Assembly (NCBI GenBank): GCA_016906335.1
Contig: JADEYG010000004.1
Span: 372,001-436,000 of the forward strand
Length of the DNA: 64,000 nt
Origin: Novakomyces olei
Taxonomy: Eukaryota
Direction of reading: 5' to 3'
Numbering within the stretch: the first letter of the stretch is position 1; every line of letters starts with the position of its first letter. This document shows, piece after piece, positions 12,613 to 25,745 of this stretch. Made by a program: the position numbers and the translations under genes. The notes below the pieces were generated by a model. That model was not told the DNA's origin, did no database searches, and saw nothing but the letters and a program-made list of their open reading frames with translations.

Positions 12613-13563
12613 TCAGGGAGGAACAATCTCGCCCTTCCAGTCCCAACAAGACCCCCGATCTTGCGCATTCCGGCTCGCCACAACCGACAGTAATCGTTCT
12701 GCTGTGAAATCTGCAGTAAACAATTTATCTTCACGAACATTGGACCAGAAATCTCGGCTCAGATCTGTTTTCACCGTCCCCGGATGAAGAGTGTAAGCAA
12801 TCGCATTTTGGCCACTGTAAGTTCGTAGATAATTGTCAAACGTTTTCACTGCTTGATTAAGAGCAGCCTTGGATGAGCGGTAGGAGTACCATCCGCCCAG
12901 CTTGTTATCGGAAATACTTCCGACCCGTGCAGATATGGCGGCCAATGTACTGTGCTTTGCGACTCCTCTGCTTTCGCCGGCATTAAGCAGCGGCAACTGT
13001 GCTGCTTTCTTTGGTAAAAAAGGCGCAAGGTACTTGATCAGCATCATCGGGCCAATAGTATTAATGCGAAAACTGTCGAGTGCTGACGCGTACTCAATCT
13101 GGCCGGGCACTTTTTCCACGTGCAAGACTCCCATCATAATCATCGCCAAATGCAAGTGAGAATCAGGGAACCATTTCTTACAGGTCTCTGCCATTTCTTT
13201 CACACTTTGTTCATCTGTAATTGATCAGTACTTTACGTAAATCTTCTTTATATCTGCGATGTTTTGAGTGGGATTTGGTTGGATTAATTGCTAAATTTTT
13301 GCCCTCTAAATTTCAAATTTGAAGAGGCTTCTCCACGGCAATAACCCTCTTGTTTACGCATTGCTACCTGTCACATCGAGATGTACCATACGAAGCCGAT
13401 GTTCATATTGTCTGGTCTCGTCACGCAGAATTTCACGTCGAGCATTATCAAGATCGCCGCGAGCAGTGGCTACTATGGGCAAACTCGTATCCCGCAGCAA
13501 TTTTCTCGTTACTGCAAGACCAATGCCTCGCGAGGCAGGAGCTGCCAGGATCCATGGTGGCAT
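12613..13563 (-). CDS. Short-chain dehydrogenase/reductase (CsgA/C-factor-like), 2 exons
   Basis: PASRGIG Rossmann motif, ISARVGSISDNKLGGWYSYRSSKAALN (YxxxK), LHPGTVKTDL. Confidence 0.92.
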
Positions 13564-13940
13564 ATTATCGGGGCAATTCAGAGTATAATATACTGTTAAA
13601 TATAACGTTTAATATAATGTTTAATATAATTGTACAATATTAATGTATAATATAAATGGGCAATATAATCCTGGAGAAAAAAGATAATTAGGACCGTGAA
13701 TATACAAATACAAATACTTTATAATTTACCAAATTCTGTATGATTACCTTTACCCTAACTAACCCTATAATTATCTCTGTACTCCTGACCAACAATCCCA
13801 AGGCACCAACTAGTCTTCCCAGCGCGACACAATATACAGTCTGAGCAGCAATTTGAAAAGGAGAATAAAAAATGAAAAAAAAGAAGAGCAGATAAGCGAT
13901 CAAGCAAGGAGGAGCGCAGTTATACGGCGACGGTAAGTGA

Positions 13941-15407
13941 ATGGCTCAAGCGGGTTTGCAAATACAATCGGCCACGGTAGCTCTCGGATCGGTGATTGAG
14001 GGCGCTGCTATAGCAGACATTAAAGAATACGATCCACATTTCAGCAGTCTGGTGGTCAAATTTGTGGGCAAATCGTTCTCGAGGCAAGTCCGGAGTCGGG
14101 GTCGCCATTCTTTCGTGTACACGGAGACACACAAGTTTATAAACCGCAGATGGATTGCGTATGACACGGCAGCGAATGGCGGACGCAACTTGCGAGCGGG
14201 TCGGTACACGTTTCCCTTCCGTTTTGTGCTGCCGTTTGTCGCACAGTGCGATAAATGCGGCTGCAAGCTGCCTCTGGCACCGTCGACAAGTGTGAGCGAC
14301 GGATCGATAAAGTACAAAATTTGTGTTAAAATCAAACGCTCCGGGTTCCTGCGACGTGATTCACGTCAAAAGCGGGTACTGACAGTTGTGCAGCAACTGC
14401 CACCGCTCATAGGTTGCTACAATATGACGCTGCCGCAGACGCCGTCAGTGGATATGGAGGGGTTCCACGAGAGAATGGACAGCATGATACTTGACGGTAC
14501 AAGCAGTGCACAGCGCAGTTTTGATTTGGACAAGGCTGGTCGCTGGGCCGCTGCTGCGTCTAGAAAGACGCTGCCTTACAAGGATTATTCTGAGCATGTG
14601 GAGCATGTGGACGGTGAGTACGGAGACGGTAGCACAAGCGGAGGCAGCACAGAGAAAAAGTGGGCTGGAAGCAAAAGTACCGTCAACATAAAGAGCACTG
14701 GAGAGCATAATAATCAAGAAAAAAGGGGAAAGCAAGAGAAGGGGGAAAAGCAATACTCTGGCAGTTCTGGCACTTTAGGGTTTGTAGACCAGCAATTGAG
14801 CACTCAACCCGGAGCCGTTACGGTCACATTGGACCAGGCACCAGCAGAGTATCGTGGAGCAGATGATATCTACTCTCCGTTCCTTGTCCCGGCTCTAGCT
14901 GCATGGGACAGTGAACGTGTTCACTGCTGGGATGTAACGCCAACTTTCTTGGAGACGGGAGTCAGTCAGATATTTGTGCTGAGACGTAGACTGTTCAACA
15001 CCTGGTGCTCGATGTACGTGCATGTGATAGTGACTCCCAAACGGTTCCATGTGCCTGGAACCTGGCAGCGTATCGTCATAACCCTAAAAGCGCTCAATTC
15101 ATGTATCTCGGAGACGCCAATCCTGCAAAAGCTATCCGTTGATGTTGTACGGCAAACAGTGGTCCTGGCGGAAGGCTATTCGGATAAAAGCTCAAAGCAA
15201 TATGGGCATGTTCTTTCTCTTAAGGACTTGAAATTGCCCATCACCAATCACACGATTGATGAAACGTTCATTTTGCCCACGGGACTGGGCGGTTCAATAT
15301 GCCACTGCAATATCTCGCGATTTCATTATTACCGTATCAAGCTTGATTTCAAGGGAAGCAGAAATACGTTTTACGTTTACTATCCTGTGTATGTGCTCGA
15401 CACTTGA
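13941..15407 (+). CDS. Arrestin-fold (alpha-arrestin-like) protein, paralog C
   Basis: Intronless 488 aa; GSVIEG, LVVKFVG, ETHKFI, AGRYTFPFRFVLP, LAPS, SIKYKICVKIKR. Confidence 0.7.
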   Translation: MAQAGLQIQSATVALGSVIEGAAIADIKEYDPHFSSLVVKFVGKSFSRQVRSRGRHSFVYTETHKFINRRWIAYDTAANGGRNLRAGRYTFPFRFVLPFVAQCDKCGCKLPLAPSTSVSDGSIKYKICVKIKRSGFLRRDSRQKRVLTVVQQLPPLIGCYNMTLPQTPSVDMEGFHERMDSMILDGTSSAQRSFDLDKAGRWAAAASRKTLPYKDYSEHVEHVDGEYGDGSTSGGSTEKKWAGSKSTVNIKSTGEHNNQEKRGKQEKGEKQYSGSSGTLGFVDQQLSTQPGAVTVTLDQAPAEYRGADDIYSPFLVPALAAWDSERVHCWDVTPTFLETGVSQIFVLRRRLFNTWCSMYVHVIVTPKRFHVPGTWQRIVITLKALNSCISETPILQKLSVDVVRQTVVLAEGYSDKSSKQYGHVLSLKDLKLPITNHTIDETFILPTGLGGSICHCNISRFHYYRIKLDFKGSRNTFYVYYPVYVLDT

Positions 15408-15724
15408 CGTTTTGTAGCGCTTGTTCAAGTACTCATCTACAGCGATTGCCATTTCGGACATTTGTTTTATTTTGGACGTGTTTTTTGATTGGGACGAAGT
15501 TTTCATTTAGCCCGGAGTTTTCATCTAGGGCAAAGTTTTTGTTTGGTTTGTGGGTTTTGTTTGGGACGTGGTTTTTAGTTTAGTTTCTTTTTTCTTTGAT
15601 TTAATAGGGGAAATACTTGGATGATTTATTTTCAGCAGCTTTAACAGTTTTATTCTTGTCGGTCGATCAAGCAAATTTAATGTCTAGAAAACATCTAGAC
15701 TTTTGCTTAAACAATTTTAAATCT

Positions 15725-16939
15725 CTACATCTCTCTATTCTCATATATCTGGCCGAGGTAATCGCAGTAATGCGTGGGAACAATAGGCGCTTCTTCACAC
15801 AAAATTTCTTCCTCTGTTGATATGCCAGAAAGCACCATTAGGCTTCCACCGAGATTCGAATTGGCGGCAAACTGAATATCAGTATCAAGCCTATCTCCAA
15901 CAAAGCATGCGCGTTTTCGATCAAAATGAAACCGAGCAACAATTGCATCCAGCATGGCAGACGAAGGTTTTCCCAAGATTTCAGGTGTGCGTTTTGTGCT
16001 GTAAATGAGCGGATAAGAAATGGCACCCGCACCAGGGAATTTGCCGTTGTGGGTCGGATAGGTTGAGTCTTGGTTTGTCAGCAAAAAATGGCAGTTTTTA
16101 TCCAGCAGATAAGCGTAAGCTCGTGCAAGTTTCAAGTAGCTAATATCGATATCGATGCCACAAAGAACAGCTCCCACTGTGGGATCCGGTTTGATTGTTG
16201 CCCAATCGGAATCCTCGACTTTGCGGAAAGCTTCTGGATCCTGTGAGTTTAGAAATTGTAATCGTAACAGACAAGAGAGATATCAATCACGAATATCTTT
16301 TTAAACATGGTGAACTTCATCTGAAAAAAAATTTAATTAAATTGATAAATAAATAAACAAAATAAACAGCTTTTACAGATCAAAACCAACGTAGAGACAA
16401 TGCAAGACCAGCAAAACATACAGGACCACCAAATGCTTCAATATTCTCCGCGGCAAGTTCCTCCATTATACCCTCACCGCCGATAACGTAAACGCGCTTG
16501 TCCTTGGGCAGTTTAATCACTCGGCTCAGGTACACAGCGCTCGAGTAGCTAGAAGGAAAGATTTCGTCCTTTGATTCTGTCAGTGATTCTCATTCAAGCA
16601 GGGAAGGCATACAATTTCGACGGGAATACCCATTGATTCTAATTTTATCTTGTATGTGCGTCGCGATTTGGCGGAGTTGTTTGTGACAAAGACGAGCTGT
16701 TTGCCTTTTAAATTGTAAGTTTGCTTGCTTAAATCGCATTACCTTGATCTCGCAAGTAGTGGATCGTCTCGCGCGCATTTTTTAAAAGGTCGTTTCCGCT
16801 CCAAAGAACGCCTGCAAATGGTCAGATCAGCTATTTAAAGCGAAGGAGTAGCAGTACCGTCACAATCAAAGAGAAACACGTCGTATGCGTGCAGTAACTT
16901 TTGGAATTGGGACTTTTCCGTAAGCTTTTCCGGCTTCAT
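15725..16939 (-). CDS. PHO13: HAD IIA 4-nitrophenylphosphatase / phosphoglycolate phosphatase (multi-exon)
   Basis: FLFDCDG|VLW, VFVTNNSAKSR, FLLTNQDST, LGKPS, FVGDRLDTDI. Confidence 0.92.
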
Positions 16940-17341
16940 GTTGGTCTGTATATGCTTCGGGACAGATTTTATTGTATTTAATCACCGATTTAAATTTATA
17001 TGGCCACCAAAGATCGATTTAGGAAACAATTGGCGAAGGCACTATTGATGAAATTGATGAAACATTTACGTGTTCTGTTCACACTACACAATCCGCTTTT
17101 CGCTGCGATTATCTACGGTTAGAGTCAAGCGGCAAACGGGTATTGCCGGCCTCCGTGTCTAGCGGAGCAGTGTTTTTTTGCTTATTTATTCGAGATTGTA
17201 GGTATATTTGCATATTATTTGCATATTTTTGTAAATTAATCGAAAATAAATCGCATATTATTTGCATATTATTTAATATCATTTGCATATTTGTATACAA
17301 AATTTTCCATAAAAGCTGACGAGTATCAGCGGCCAACCGCA

Positions 17342-18288
17342 ATGCCGCAGAACGAGTACATTGAGGAGCATACGCGCCGTCACGGCCGTCGGCTCGACTA
17401 TGAAGAGAAAAAGTAGGCGAATAAGCACAACTCAACTTTTACTGACCTTAAATCAGGCGCAAGAAGGAAGCCAGGGAGGCGCATCGAGCTTCGCAATATG
17501 CTCAAAAAGTTACGGGTTTAAGGGCTAAACTGCACCAAAAGAAACGTCACAATGAAAAGATCCAGATGAAAAAGCGTTTACGTGAGCATGAAGAAAAGAA
17601 CACGACGCAACGAACAGGGAAAGAGCCCGATACTAAAGGCGCCGTGCCAACTTATCTTTTGGATCGTGAGCAGGAGAAGCAGGCAAAGGCATTGAGCAGT
17701 CAAATCAAGGAGAAGCGTAAGGATCGGGCTGCCAAGTACAGTGTCCCATTACCAAAGGTTCGTGGTATTGCGGAAGACGAAATGTTCAAAGTAGTCCGAA
17801 CTGGTCCTACCAAGGGTAAAGCTTGGAAGCGGATGATCACAAAGGCAACATTTGTGGGTGACTCTTTCACACGTAGGCCTGTCAAGTACGAGAGATTCAT
17901 CAGGCCAATGGCTTTACGGCAAAAGAAGGCTAATGTTACACAGTAAGTTTGTTGTTGTTTGACTGATGCTCTGGTTTTTTTAATTCTCTTTTCATTGTCC
18001 TTTTATATTTTGAGGCAATCTACTGTTCCCTTCTTTGTTCAATCTCTTACCATATCTAGTCCTGAACTGGCGGTGACTATGCAATTACCGATACTCGGCG
18101 TGAAAAAGAATCCTCAGAATCCCATGTACACGCAGCTTGGTGTGCTTACAAAGGGAACTGTAATCGAGGTTAATGTTAGCGAGCTTGGCATGGTGACGGC
18201 GGGAGGCAAGGTAGTTTGGGGCAAGTATGCCCAGGTCACAAACAGCCCGGAGTTGGATGGCTGTGTTAATGCTGTTCTTTTAGTTTAA
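17342..18288 (+). CDS. NSA2: 60S ribosome biogenesis protein Nsa2 (3 exons)
   Basis: [69 protein letters not shown]. Confidence 0.97.
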
Positions 18289-18449
18289 TTCAGGTAGAAT
18301 GGGTATATAGTTTTAATTTATTGTTTATTTGAATTTGAAGTCCTTTCACAGACGAAATGTGGGATAATTAGAGACTCAATGTGCTTTTAAAAGACACTTA
18401 TATAAAGACGAAAAGTAGCCACATTTAGTATTTTGAAAAAGGAATCCGT

Positions 18450-19134
18450 CTACGATAATGAAGTGTGCATAAATTTCCGGCGGCTAAAACTTAGCCACCA
18501 CTTGCTCGGCACCGCGCTGTCAGAAGCGTACAGGTACTGATGAACCAGCCTGTACGCCAGCTCCTGACGGAACTGAGTAATGTATTGCTTAAGGAAATCT
18601 GACTCTGCCCGATTGGCCGGGGCCTGGTACATGGCATTAAGAGGAAATCCAGGAGCACCCGGAATAGCAAATGTATCGAGTGCCAGAGTGTTCAGTTGTC
18701 GCTCAGCCTGTCGTGCGTCGTAACCTCCACTAGCAACTTTGCTCAGGCAGTCGCTTATAAACAAGATTCCATAGATAAGAGTCCGGTCTGCGGGGCCTTT
18801 GATCTCAAAGTTGCGGAAGAGACAGTTTGCCCGGAAAAGTGTAAGACAGTCGTCGACAATATCTGGGGCCGATGAATCAGAAGCTAGAAAAGGTCAACTT
18901 AGAAAATTCATAATTTGTAAAAACTTACCCGGGTAAGCGGGGCCCTTAAAGTTCGTTTTAAGAGGCAAAACAGCGAAATTGCCCACGAGACGGGTCTCTG
19001 GATCGTCCAGAAAGGAAGAATGGTAAGCCTGAAGAGTTAGAAAGTTGGGGAATAGACTCGTAGAGGGTAGCAAGTGCCGCTCCTCTAATTGCTTTTCTAT
19101 TGCACTTGTTTCCGCATTCTTATCTTACCGGCAT
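18450..19134 (-). CDS. ARC18: Arp2/3 complex subunit ARPC3 (3 exons; exon 1 = ATG CCG)
   Basis: MP|AYHSSFL..FRANCLFRNFEIKGPADRTLIY..FAIPGAPGFPLN..PSKWWLSFSRRKFM. Confidence 0.96.
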
Positions 19135-19712
19135 TGTGAGCAATGTGTCTCTGTCCACTAAGCCGCCCGCTATTTGTGTCACTAAATAAAGCGCTGCTTG
19201 AGTCTGTTTGCTCAGCGCCGTATATTAATTACGACACTATATATCCGCACTATGAATTTGGAGCACGGAATACATATAATCTGTGCACCAGATACAACCA
19301 ATAATAATAAAAAATTAATGAAGTCAAAAGTTAACTAACCCTAACCCTCTTTTTATTCGCGATTGTAGTTGCAGGCATTAATTAATATGCGCAAACGACG
19401 CCAGGCTGTTTATAGCTGCAGCTTCGACATCCGGCAAGGTGCACGACGAGACTTTGTGGGAGCCAATCCTTTAGTCCTGTGCATTTCTATCAGCCTTTTT
19501 ATACACTAGGTTCTCAGTAGACTCGTCTACAAGGTACGAGACTGGTTTTGTCTGTCAGCCGCCGAGCTCGTTTCGAGAATGTCGATTTATTGAACGGCTT
19601 TGAAAAGGCACAAAGCGCCTTGCCGGCCTTGATTCTGGTAAGGAGACCGAGACGAGTTCAATCAAGCTTACTAGTTTGCTTAGCATTGCGCAAATTGCAG
19701 CTTTTCACGAAA

Positions 19713-22174
19713 ATGAACTACGAACAGACGCGTGCCGGATCAGACGCGGCCACGCTTCAAGGCATTGTTCGTTTCTTGCACACACAAGCGCGTCGCTACG
19801 AACGCGATCGTAATATATGGGAAATTGAGCGAGCGGAACTAAAGGTTTGCTTGCATGTTTTCTCTATTATTTCTCCTCGTGGCATTTGAGCTCTGCTAAA
19901 AATGAAGGCGCGTATTGCTCGACTTGAAGGTGAACGCGTTTCCAATAAGCGTACTATAGAGTTTCAAGACCACCGGCTTCGCATGCTCACGGAGACTCTG
20001 TGTCTGGAACGGTAAGGTTTTGGCAGTTTGCTTTGGACGCTTATAAGCAAAGTGAGAATAGAGGAGTCGAATCACAGGGCGAGGCACAGACACTGGCAGA
20101 ATATTACCCTTCACTGCCGCCACCGCCTCCAGCGGCCTCCAGTGCTTCTCGATTGCAATCAAAACAATTTTTAGAACGGTACAATACTGAAAATAAATCC
20201 TTTTTATTTTTTTTTTGGTTTTTTTGTATTGCTGCTTTGTCACAATCCTAATGCTTAGATGCCTACGGGAAATGACCTTTTTGCTCGAGGTTCAGCCTCA
20301 TTATCAGGCGGTGAACAAGTTTGTCGAAAACGAGCCGGAGAGCGCAATGTAAGTAGCAGGAGCTTTTGAAAGCGTTACATTGATTATTTGTCTATAATTT
20401 ATGATTTAGCTATTCGTTCATTAATATTCTATTATTTTATTATTTTATTATTTTATTATTTTATTATTTTATTATTTTATTATTTTATTATTTCTATTAT
20501 TTTATTATTTTATTATTTTATTATTTCTATTATTTCTGTTATTTCTATTATTTCTATTATTTTATTATCAACCCCGTCTAACAGCGTAGACCAGGGCTCG
20601 TTTCTCAACTGGAAAAAACGCGACTAGACTCTAATTCCGCCAAACCAGGCCTGGGCAGGACAGCTCCATCCTGGCCCCAAGATCCTGGCGAAGACATCAG
20701 CGACGCAGAAACGTCAACCTTCACAAACTCTGTCGGCCGGCGCCCCACAAACTCCGGCCTTACCTCTGTTCATGTGGAAGAGCGATCCACCGTGGAAGAC
20801 GATGAAGCAATGGAGAAGATTGACATTGCACTAGACGATGCGCATACAGTATCGCGACAAACTGCCGATGATGTAGAAGGCGGTCAGTGGGAGATCGGCC
20901 CGGCAGTCTCACCGACTTCGCCCCGGTCTCCTTCGTCGAGCGGTCTGCAAAGTAATGTAGAAGAGCGTGATGATACGCACTGGACGCATTTTGCCACCTT
21001 TGAGTACCACGGAAGCAAATTCAAAGAATTTTGCCTGTGCCGAGACGGCAAGGGCGCAGTGGCGGGTATTATTGCCTCGACAAAACAGCACATATTATTT
21101 TGGACTGTCGGTGAGCAGCAGCAGCAGCAGCAGCAGCAGAATCGGCACGAGCAGCGAAGGCTGCCTGCAGCGACTCTTGAGCTGCAGGAAGACGCCAGTA
21201 AACTGGCAATTTGCCAGCAAAGCCTTCTTGGGGAAAGCTCTTTTATCGCTTTTGTGGCTTGTGAAAGCGGTACTGTAATGGCGATACAAATTGACCATGC
21301 GCCCACTGGGACGGTGGGTGCTGGATGGGTTGTACGCGTCATTGGCCGCTTAGACCCTCAGGCTACTAATGCCTCACGGGCCCCGTGCCTCGATCTTACT
21401 TGTCAGGTTATGCAAGAGGCGGAGTCGGATGGGAGTAGCGCTTCTGGCCAGCGTAGTGCCAACGTTGTGGCAGTGGCAGCGTTTACGAACGGCTCAGTCT
21501 ATGTGCTCGAATGCTCAAGCACAGACAACAGGTTCCGAGTAGTAGGCAAATTGGCGTACGAGCCGGTGGTGAACAATGAGATTGACGAGATGGATATGCC
21601 GTTAGAACCACCCGTGCCTATTTACGTTTCCATCTTGGAAGACTCGGCAGCGCCAGCCGTCTTTGTCGCCTGGGAAATGGCCGCTTTGACCACATACGCG
21701 CTAGATACGCTCAAGCTGAGAAGCAAATTGCGACTGGACGCTGTTCACGGGCTCAATTCAATTTCGCGGGTAGTAAAAGCCGGGGTAGTAGGGCAAACGA
21801 ATAATCTAATATTCGTACTGGGGACGCATACAGGCGTTCTGCTGGAAGAAGGGCCCAATGGATCATTGGCACTCATCTCTGAGTTTGGCATTAATGTGGA
21901 CGGCATGATTAGAGACGCTGTTATTACTGGCAACGAATACTTTGTCATTCTGGAGGACCAAAGCGTCCTTGGCTTTGGGCTGAATGAGCCCTCACTAGTC
22001 GAGCAGTACCTAACGGGTCTGAAGCCAGCAATTTTAGGCTCGGAACTGCGTCACGTGCACTTGGAGGGTTACTGGGAAGGCGATAGCGTTACCCTTGTTG
22101 TTGCTGCACAATTGGCAGACAATAGCCATATTTCTTTCTGGTCAATCGCTCTCGGCCAGAACGGAGTAAGGTGA
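19713..22174 (+). CDS. Striatin-family STRIPAK scaffold (Far8/Csc3-like), multi-exon
   Basis: Striatin N-terminus TLQGIVRFLHTQARRYERDRNIWEIERAELK|ARIARLEGER and FLER|CLREM; beta-rich, highly diverged C-terminal exon; internal exon junctions approximate. Confidence 0.8.
20411..20570. repeat. Degenerate TTATTTTATTATT-type simple repeat inside a striatin intron
   Basis: Visible repeated ttattttattat/ttctattat units. Confidence 0.85.
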
Positions 22175-22389
22175 CGATTCATGTAATTGTATATACTATC
22201 CAGTTGCAATTATACTAAATAAAATAAAATACGATTGTTGATCATTGTCCAATTCTTGTGTGTAGCGTATAATTGTATAAATACAATTATTGTATAATCA
22301 TGTTTGACTGCAAGTTTATATTTAATCATACATCGAGACCGTCTATACGACTAGTACTTGTATACACCTCGGTTCATCTCGTACATAAA

Positions 22390-23567
22390 CTAACGGCGGT
22401 GCGTTGTCTGGTAATGCCATTCGGGATTACGTATATCCTTGCCAATTTCATACACGTTTTCCGCGTCCTTGAGCAGTTTTGGAAGATTGTCCAATTCAGC
22501 AATGAACATTTCTTCTTCCCCAGACTTTGCACCCGCAACTTTTCCATAAAACGGAGCACAAAACTGCGAGCATCCAATGTAGCCGTCCGCTGGTGAGCCC
22601 TATCAAGGTCAGTAATTTATTTAACTCATACATACATGTCTGTATGCACTCCTATTATTTTATTCATCCTTCTAGCATCCGTCACCTACCCCAGCGTTTG
22701 CCATCAGCACGCAAACACAGTTTTCAAATGCACGAGCAGGCAAAATGCTATTAAGAAAATTCGTTTCGCACTTGGGGTTGTACATGTCCGCCGTAGCTCC
22801 ACCATCGGTTCCGAGCCAGCAAGTCGGTGCGATGATCATCTATTGCCACGGCGTTAAAAAAAAATCATAATTGTATGAAAAGGCAGTTTATCATTACATC
22901 CACGCCCTGCAGCTTGAGCAGACGAAACGGTTCGGGGAAAGCCAAGTCCCAGCTTTTGTAAGCATTTAATGTTCCCGTCAAACCCTACCAAACCAGCATT
23001 GCAACGTTTCCGAACTCTGTCCGTATAACAGCGTGATCGGCAGTTCCAGCCTCGAAGTGATGACGTTCCGGTAACCATAAATTTCGCTGCTCTGTTAATT
23101 CGCATAGACCACAAAGGCATACTTTGCGGTACTCGCCGAGAATAGTACCCGTCCGATCGATAAAGTAGGCGGCATTTTGTACACGCTTATGCGACCCTTC
23201 TTCATGCTCAGACATTATCGTTCCCGGGACGATGTTTATGTGCTCTTCTTTAGCCAATTGCTGAAATTTACAGAGATAAGCGTGGCCTCGATCATAGTGG
23301 AGCACAGCAGTTTTAGGGTCTCCGCCACTGAGAAAGTACTCTTACAGTACGTCAGCAATGGGGCGTATGTAAGCACACGTACCAGGGAAAACAACGAGAT
23401 CGGCGTTTTGCTCTTTTGCTTGTTTGACAAACTGCTTTGCTTTTTCAAAATTTACAGAGGGCTCTGCCGGCTAAACGTAATCAGCATCGATTTCTTGTAA
23501 AAAAAGAGAATAAAAAGCATCATTTATCTACCTCTGAGCGCATCTGCACAATTGCGAATCGTACCAT
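22390..23567 (-). CDS. Nitrilase-superfamily carbon-nitrogen hydrolase (multi-exon)
   Basis: Catalytic triad after splicing: DLVVFPEYF (E), YRK|RNLWLPER (K), MLVC|WDLAFPE (C); ARAFEN; TAG at 22392-22390. Confidence 0.9.
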
Positions 23568-23981
23568 GGCGGCAATTATCTTTAATTGCCGTGTCTATAT
23601 TACAATCGATAAGGCTCACGCCGTATCGCTATGGCTTTTCATCTAATTAATTACCACTTTCCGGACAGAATTTGGCCGTAAGTATATAAATATATATACT
23701 ACGTGTAATATGGATACAACCAAAAGAATGAAATTATATACTGTAATCTGATATATATCTCATTCTCCATATCTCATTATCCATAGATTAATTTTGCTTA
23801 TTTTCCCAAATTTTCCCGGTTCAACAGATATATCCATTACTTCTTGATATTACAAGTAATCTCTGCCTTTCTCTCTCCTTCTCTGAGCAGCTAATTTTTT
23901 TGTGCATAAAAGGCACTTGCAAGTTTTGATCCTTCCATCTTTCACACTACTCTTCAGTCTCCCGCGGCTCTACTCGGCAAG

Positions 23982-25745
23982 ATGAACCGCTCAGCTATCA
24001 AGCAGCTAGTGAAACGTGCGCCGAATGCTACGTTGCCCCGTACTCCCGCGGGTCTGCGTCGGACTTTTGCTTCAAAAGATTTAAGATTCGGAGTTGAAGG
24101 CCGGGCTTCTCTTTTGCGAGGTGTCGATATCCTGGCAAAAGCAGTAGCGGTCACGCTCGGCCCGAAAGGCCGAAATGTCTTGATCGACCAGAGCTATGGA
24201 TCTCCAAAGATCACAAAGGACGGTGTAACAGTGGCAAAGAGCGTTGTGCTTAAAGACCGCTTTGAAAATCTCGGAGCCCGACTGGTTCAAGACGTTGCCA
24301 GCAAGACGAACGAAGTAGCGGGTGACGGAACGACAACGGCTACAGTCTTGGCTCGTGCAATCTTTACCGAGTCTGTAAAGAACGTGGCAGCGGGCTGCAA
24401 CCCGATGGATCTTCGTAGGGGTACTCAGGCGGCCGTTGATGCGGTAGTGGAGTACTTGGACAACAACAAGCGTGACATTACCACGAGCGAGGAGATTGCT
24501 CAAGTAGCTACAATCTCTGCTAATGGAGACCAGCATATTGGCCGGCTTATTGCTAATGCTATGGAGAAGGTGGGCAAAGAAGGTGTAATCACTGTCAAAG
24601 AAGGCCGTACTATCGAGGACGAATTGGAGGTCACTGAGGGCATGCGCTTTGATCGTGGCTTTATCTCTCCCTACTTTATCACCGACACAAAGACGCAAAA
24701 GACAGAGTTTGAGAAGCCGCTGGTTCTCTTGTCGGAAAAGAAGATCTCTGCCCTGCAAGATATCTTGCCCTCCCTCGAGATCAGCGCTACCCAGCGTCGC
24801 CCGCTCGTTATTATCGCAGAGGACGTTGATGGAGAGGCTTTGGCTGCCTGTATCCTCAACAGGCTGCGTGGCCAGTTGCAGGTAGTTGCAGTTAAAGCTC
24901 CCGGCTTTGGTGATAACCGTAAATCTATCCTCGGCGATATTGCAATCCTCACGGGTGGTACTGTATTCTCGGATGAACTGGACATCAAGCTGGAAAAGGC
25001 GACGCCCGACTTGTTTGGAACCACGGGCAGTGTAACCGTGACAAAGGAGGACACCATCTTTTTGAATGGCAGTGGACAGAAAGATATGATCAACCAGCGC
25101 TGCGAGCAAATCCGGGCGGCAATTAATGCACCAGACACGTCCGAGTATGAGCGAGAGAAATTGCAAGAGCGGCTGGCAAAGTTGAGCGGAGGTGTTGCTG
25201 TCATTAAAGTCGGAGGCAGTAGCGAAGTCGAAGTCGGAGAGAAGAAGGATCGCTTTGTTGACGCACTGAACGCGACGCGTGCTGCCGTGGAAACGGGCAC
25301 GCTTCCTGGCGGTGGTACTGCCCTGCTCAAGGCCTCCTTGGCTCTTGACTCTGTGAAGGCAGAGAACTTTGACCAGCAACTGGGTATAAAGATCGTCAAG
25401 GCTGCCTTAACGCGTCCCACACGTACCATCGTGGAGAATGCAGGTGGTGAGGGCTCTGTCGTCGTTGGCAAATTGCTCAGTGAGCACGCTAACAACTTCA
25501 ACCTTGGCTACAATGCTGCTTCTGGAGAGTACGTTGACATGATCGAGGCCGGTATTATCGATCCGCTCAAAGTTGTGCGAACTGCCCTTGTTGATGCCAG
25601 TGGAGTAGCCAGTCTTTTGGGTACAACCGAGGCAATTATTGCCGATGAGCCGGAGAAGGAAGGTGCACCCGGGCCCGCTGGTATGGGCGGAATGGGTGGA
25701 ATGGGCGGAATGGGCGGAATGGGCGGAATGGGAGGGATGATGTAG
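23982..25745 (+). CDS. HSP60: Mitochondrial chaperonin Hsp60
   Basis: Presequence, [33 protein letters not shown]-terminal (GGM)n. Confidence 0.99.
   Translation: MNRSAIKQLVKRAPNATLPRTPAGLRRTFASKDLRFGVEGRASLLRGVDILAKAVAVTLGPKGRNVLIDQSYGSPKITKDGVTVAKSVVLKDRFENLGARLVQDVASKTNEVAGDGTTTATVLARAIFTESVKNVAAGCNPMDLRRGTQAAVDAVVEYLDNNKRDITTSEEIAQVATISANGDQHIGRLIANAMEKVGKEGVITVKEGRTIEDELEVTEGMRFDRGFISPYFITDTKTQKTEFEKPLVLLSEKKISALQDILPSLEISATQRRPLVIIAEDVDGEALAACILNRLRGQLQVVAVKAPGFGDNRKSILGDIAILTGGTVFSDELDIKLEKATPDLFGTTGSVTVTKEDTIFLNGSGQKDMINQRCEQIRAAINAPDTSEYEREKLQERLAKLSGGVAVIKVGGSSEVEVGEKKDRFVDALNATRAAVETGTLPGGGTALLKASLALDSVKAENFDQQLGIKIVKAALTRPTRTIVENAGGEGSVVVGKLLSEHANNFNLGYNAASGEYVDMIEAGIIDPLKVVRTALVDASGVASLLGTTEAIIADEPEKEGAPGPAGMGGMGGMGGMGGMGGMGGMM

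Noticed and set aside
22950-22992. Apparent loss of the nitrilase catalytic Cys (ORF track reads MLVW*)
   Set aside because: An intron splits the codon TG|C; the spliced product reads VCWD
23800-23825. Possible heat-shock element upstream of HSP60
   Set aside because: Only a degenerate TTC-N7-TTC pattern; too weak to call
24081-25501. Long antisense ORFs (432 and 276 aa) over HSP60
   Set aside because: Typical shadow ORFs produced by codon bias in a highly expressed gene
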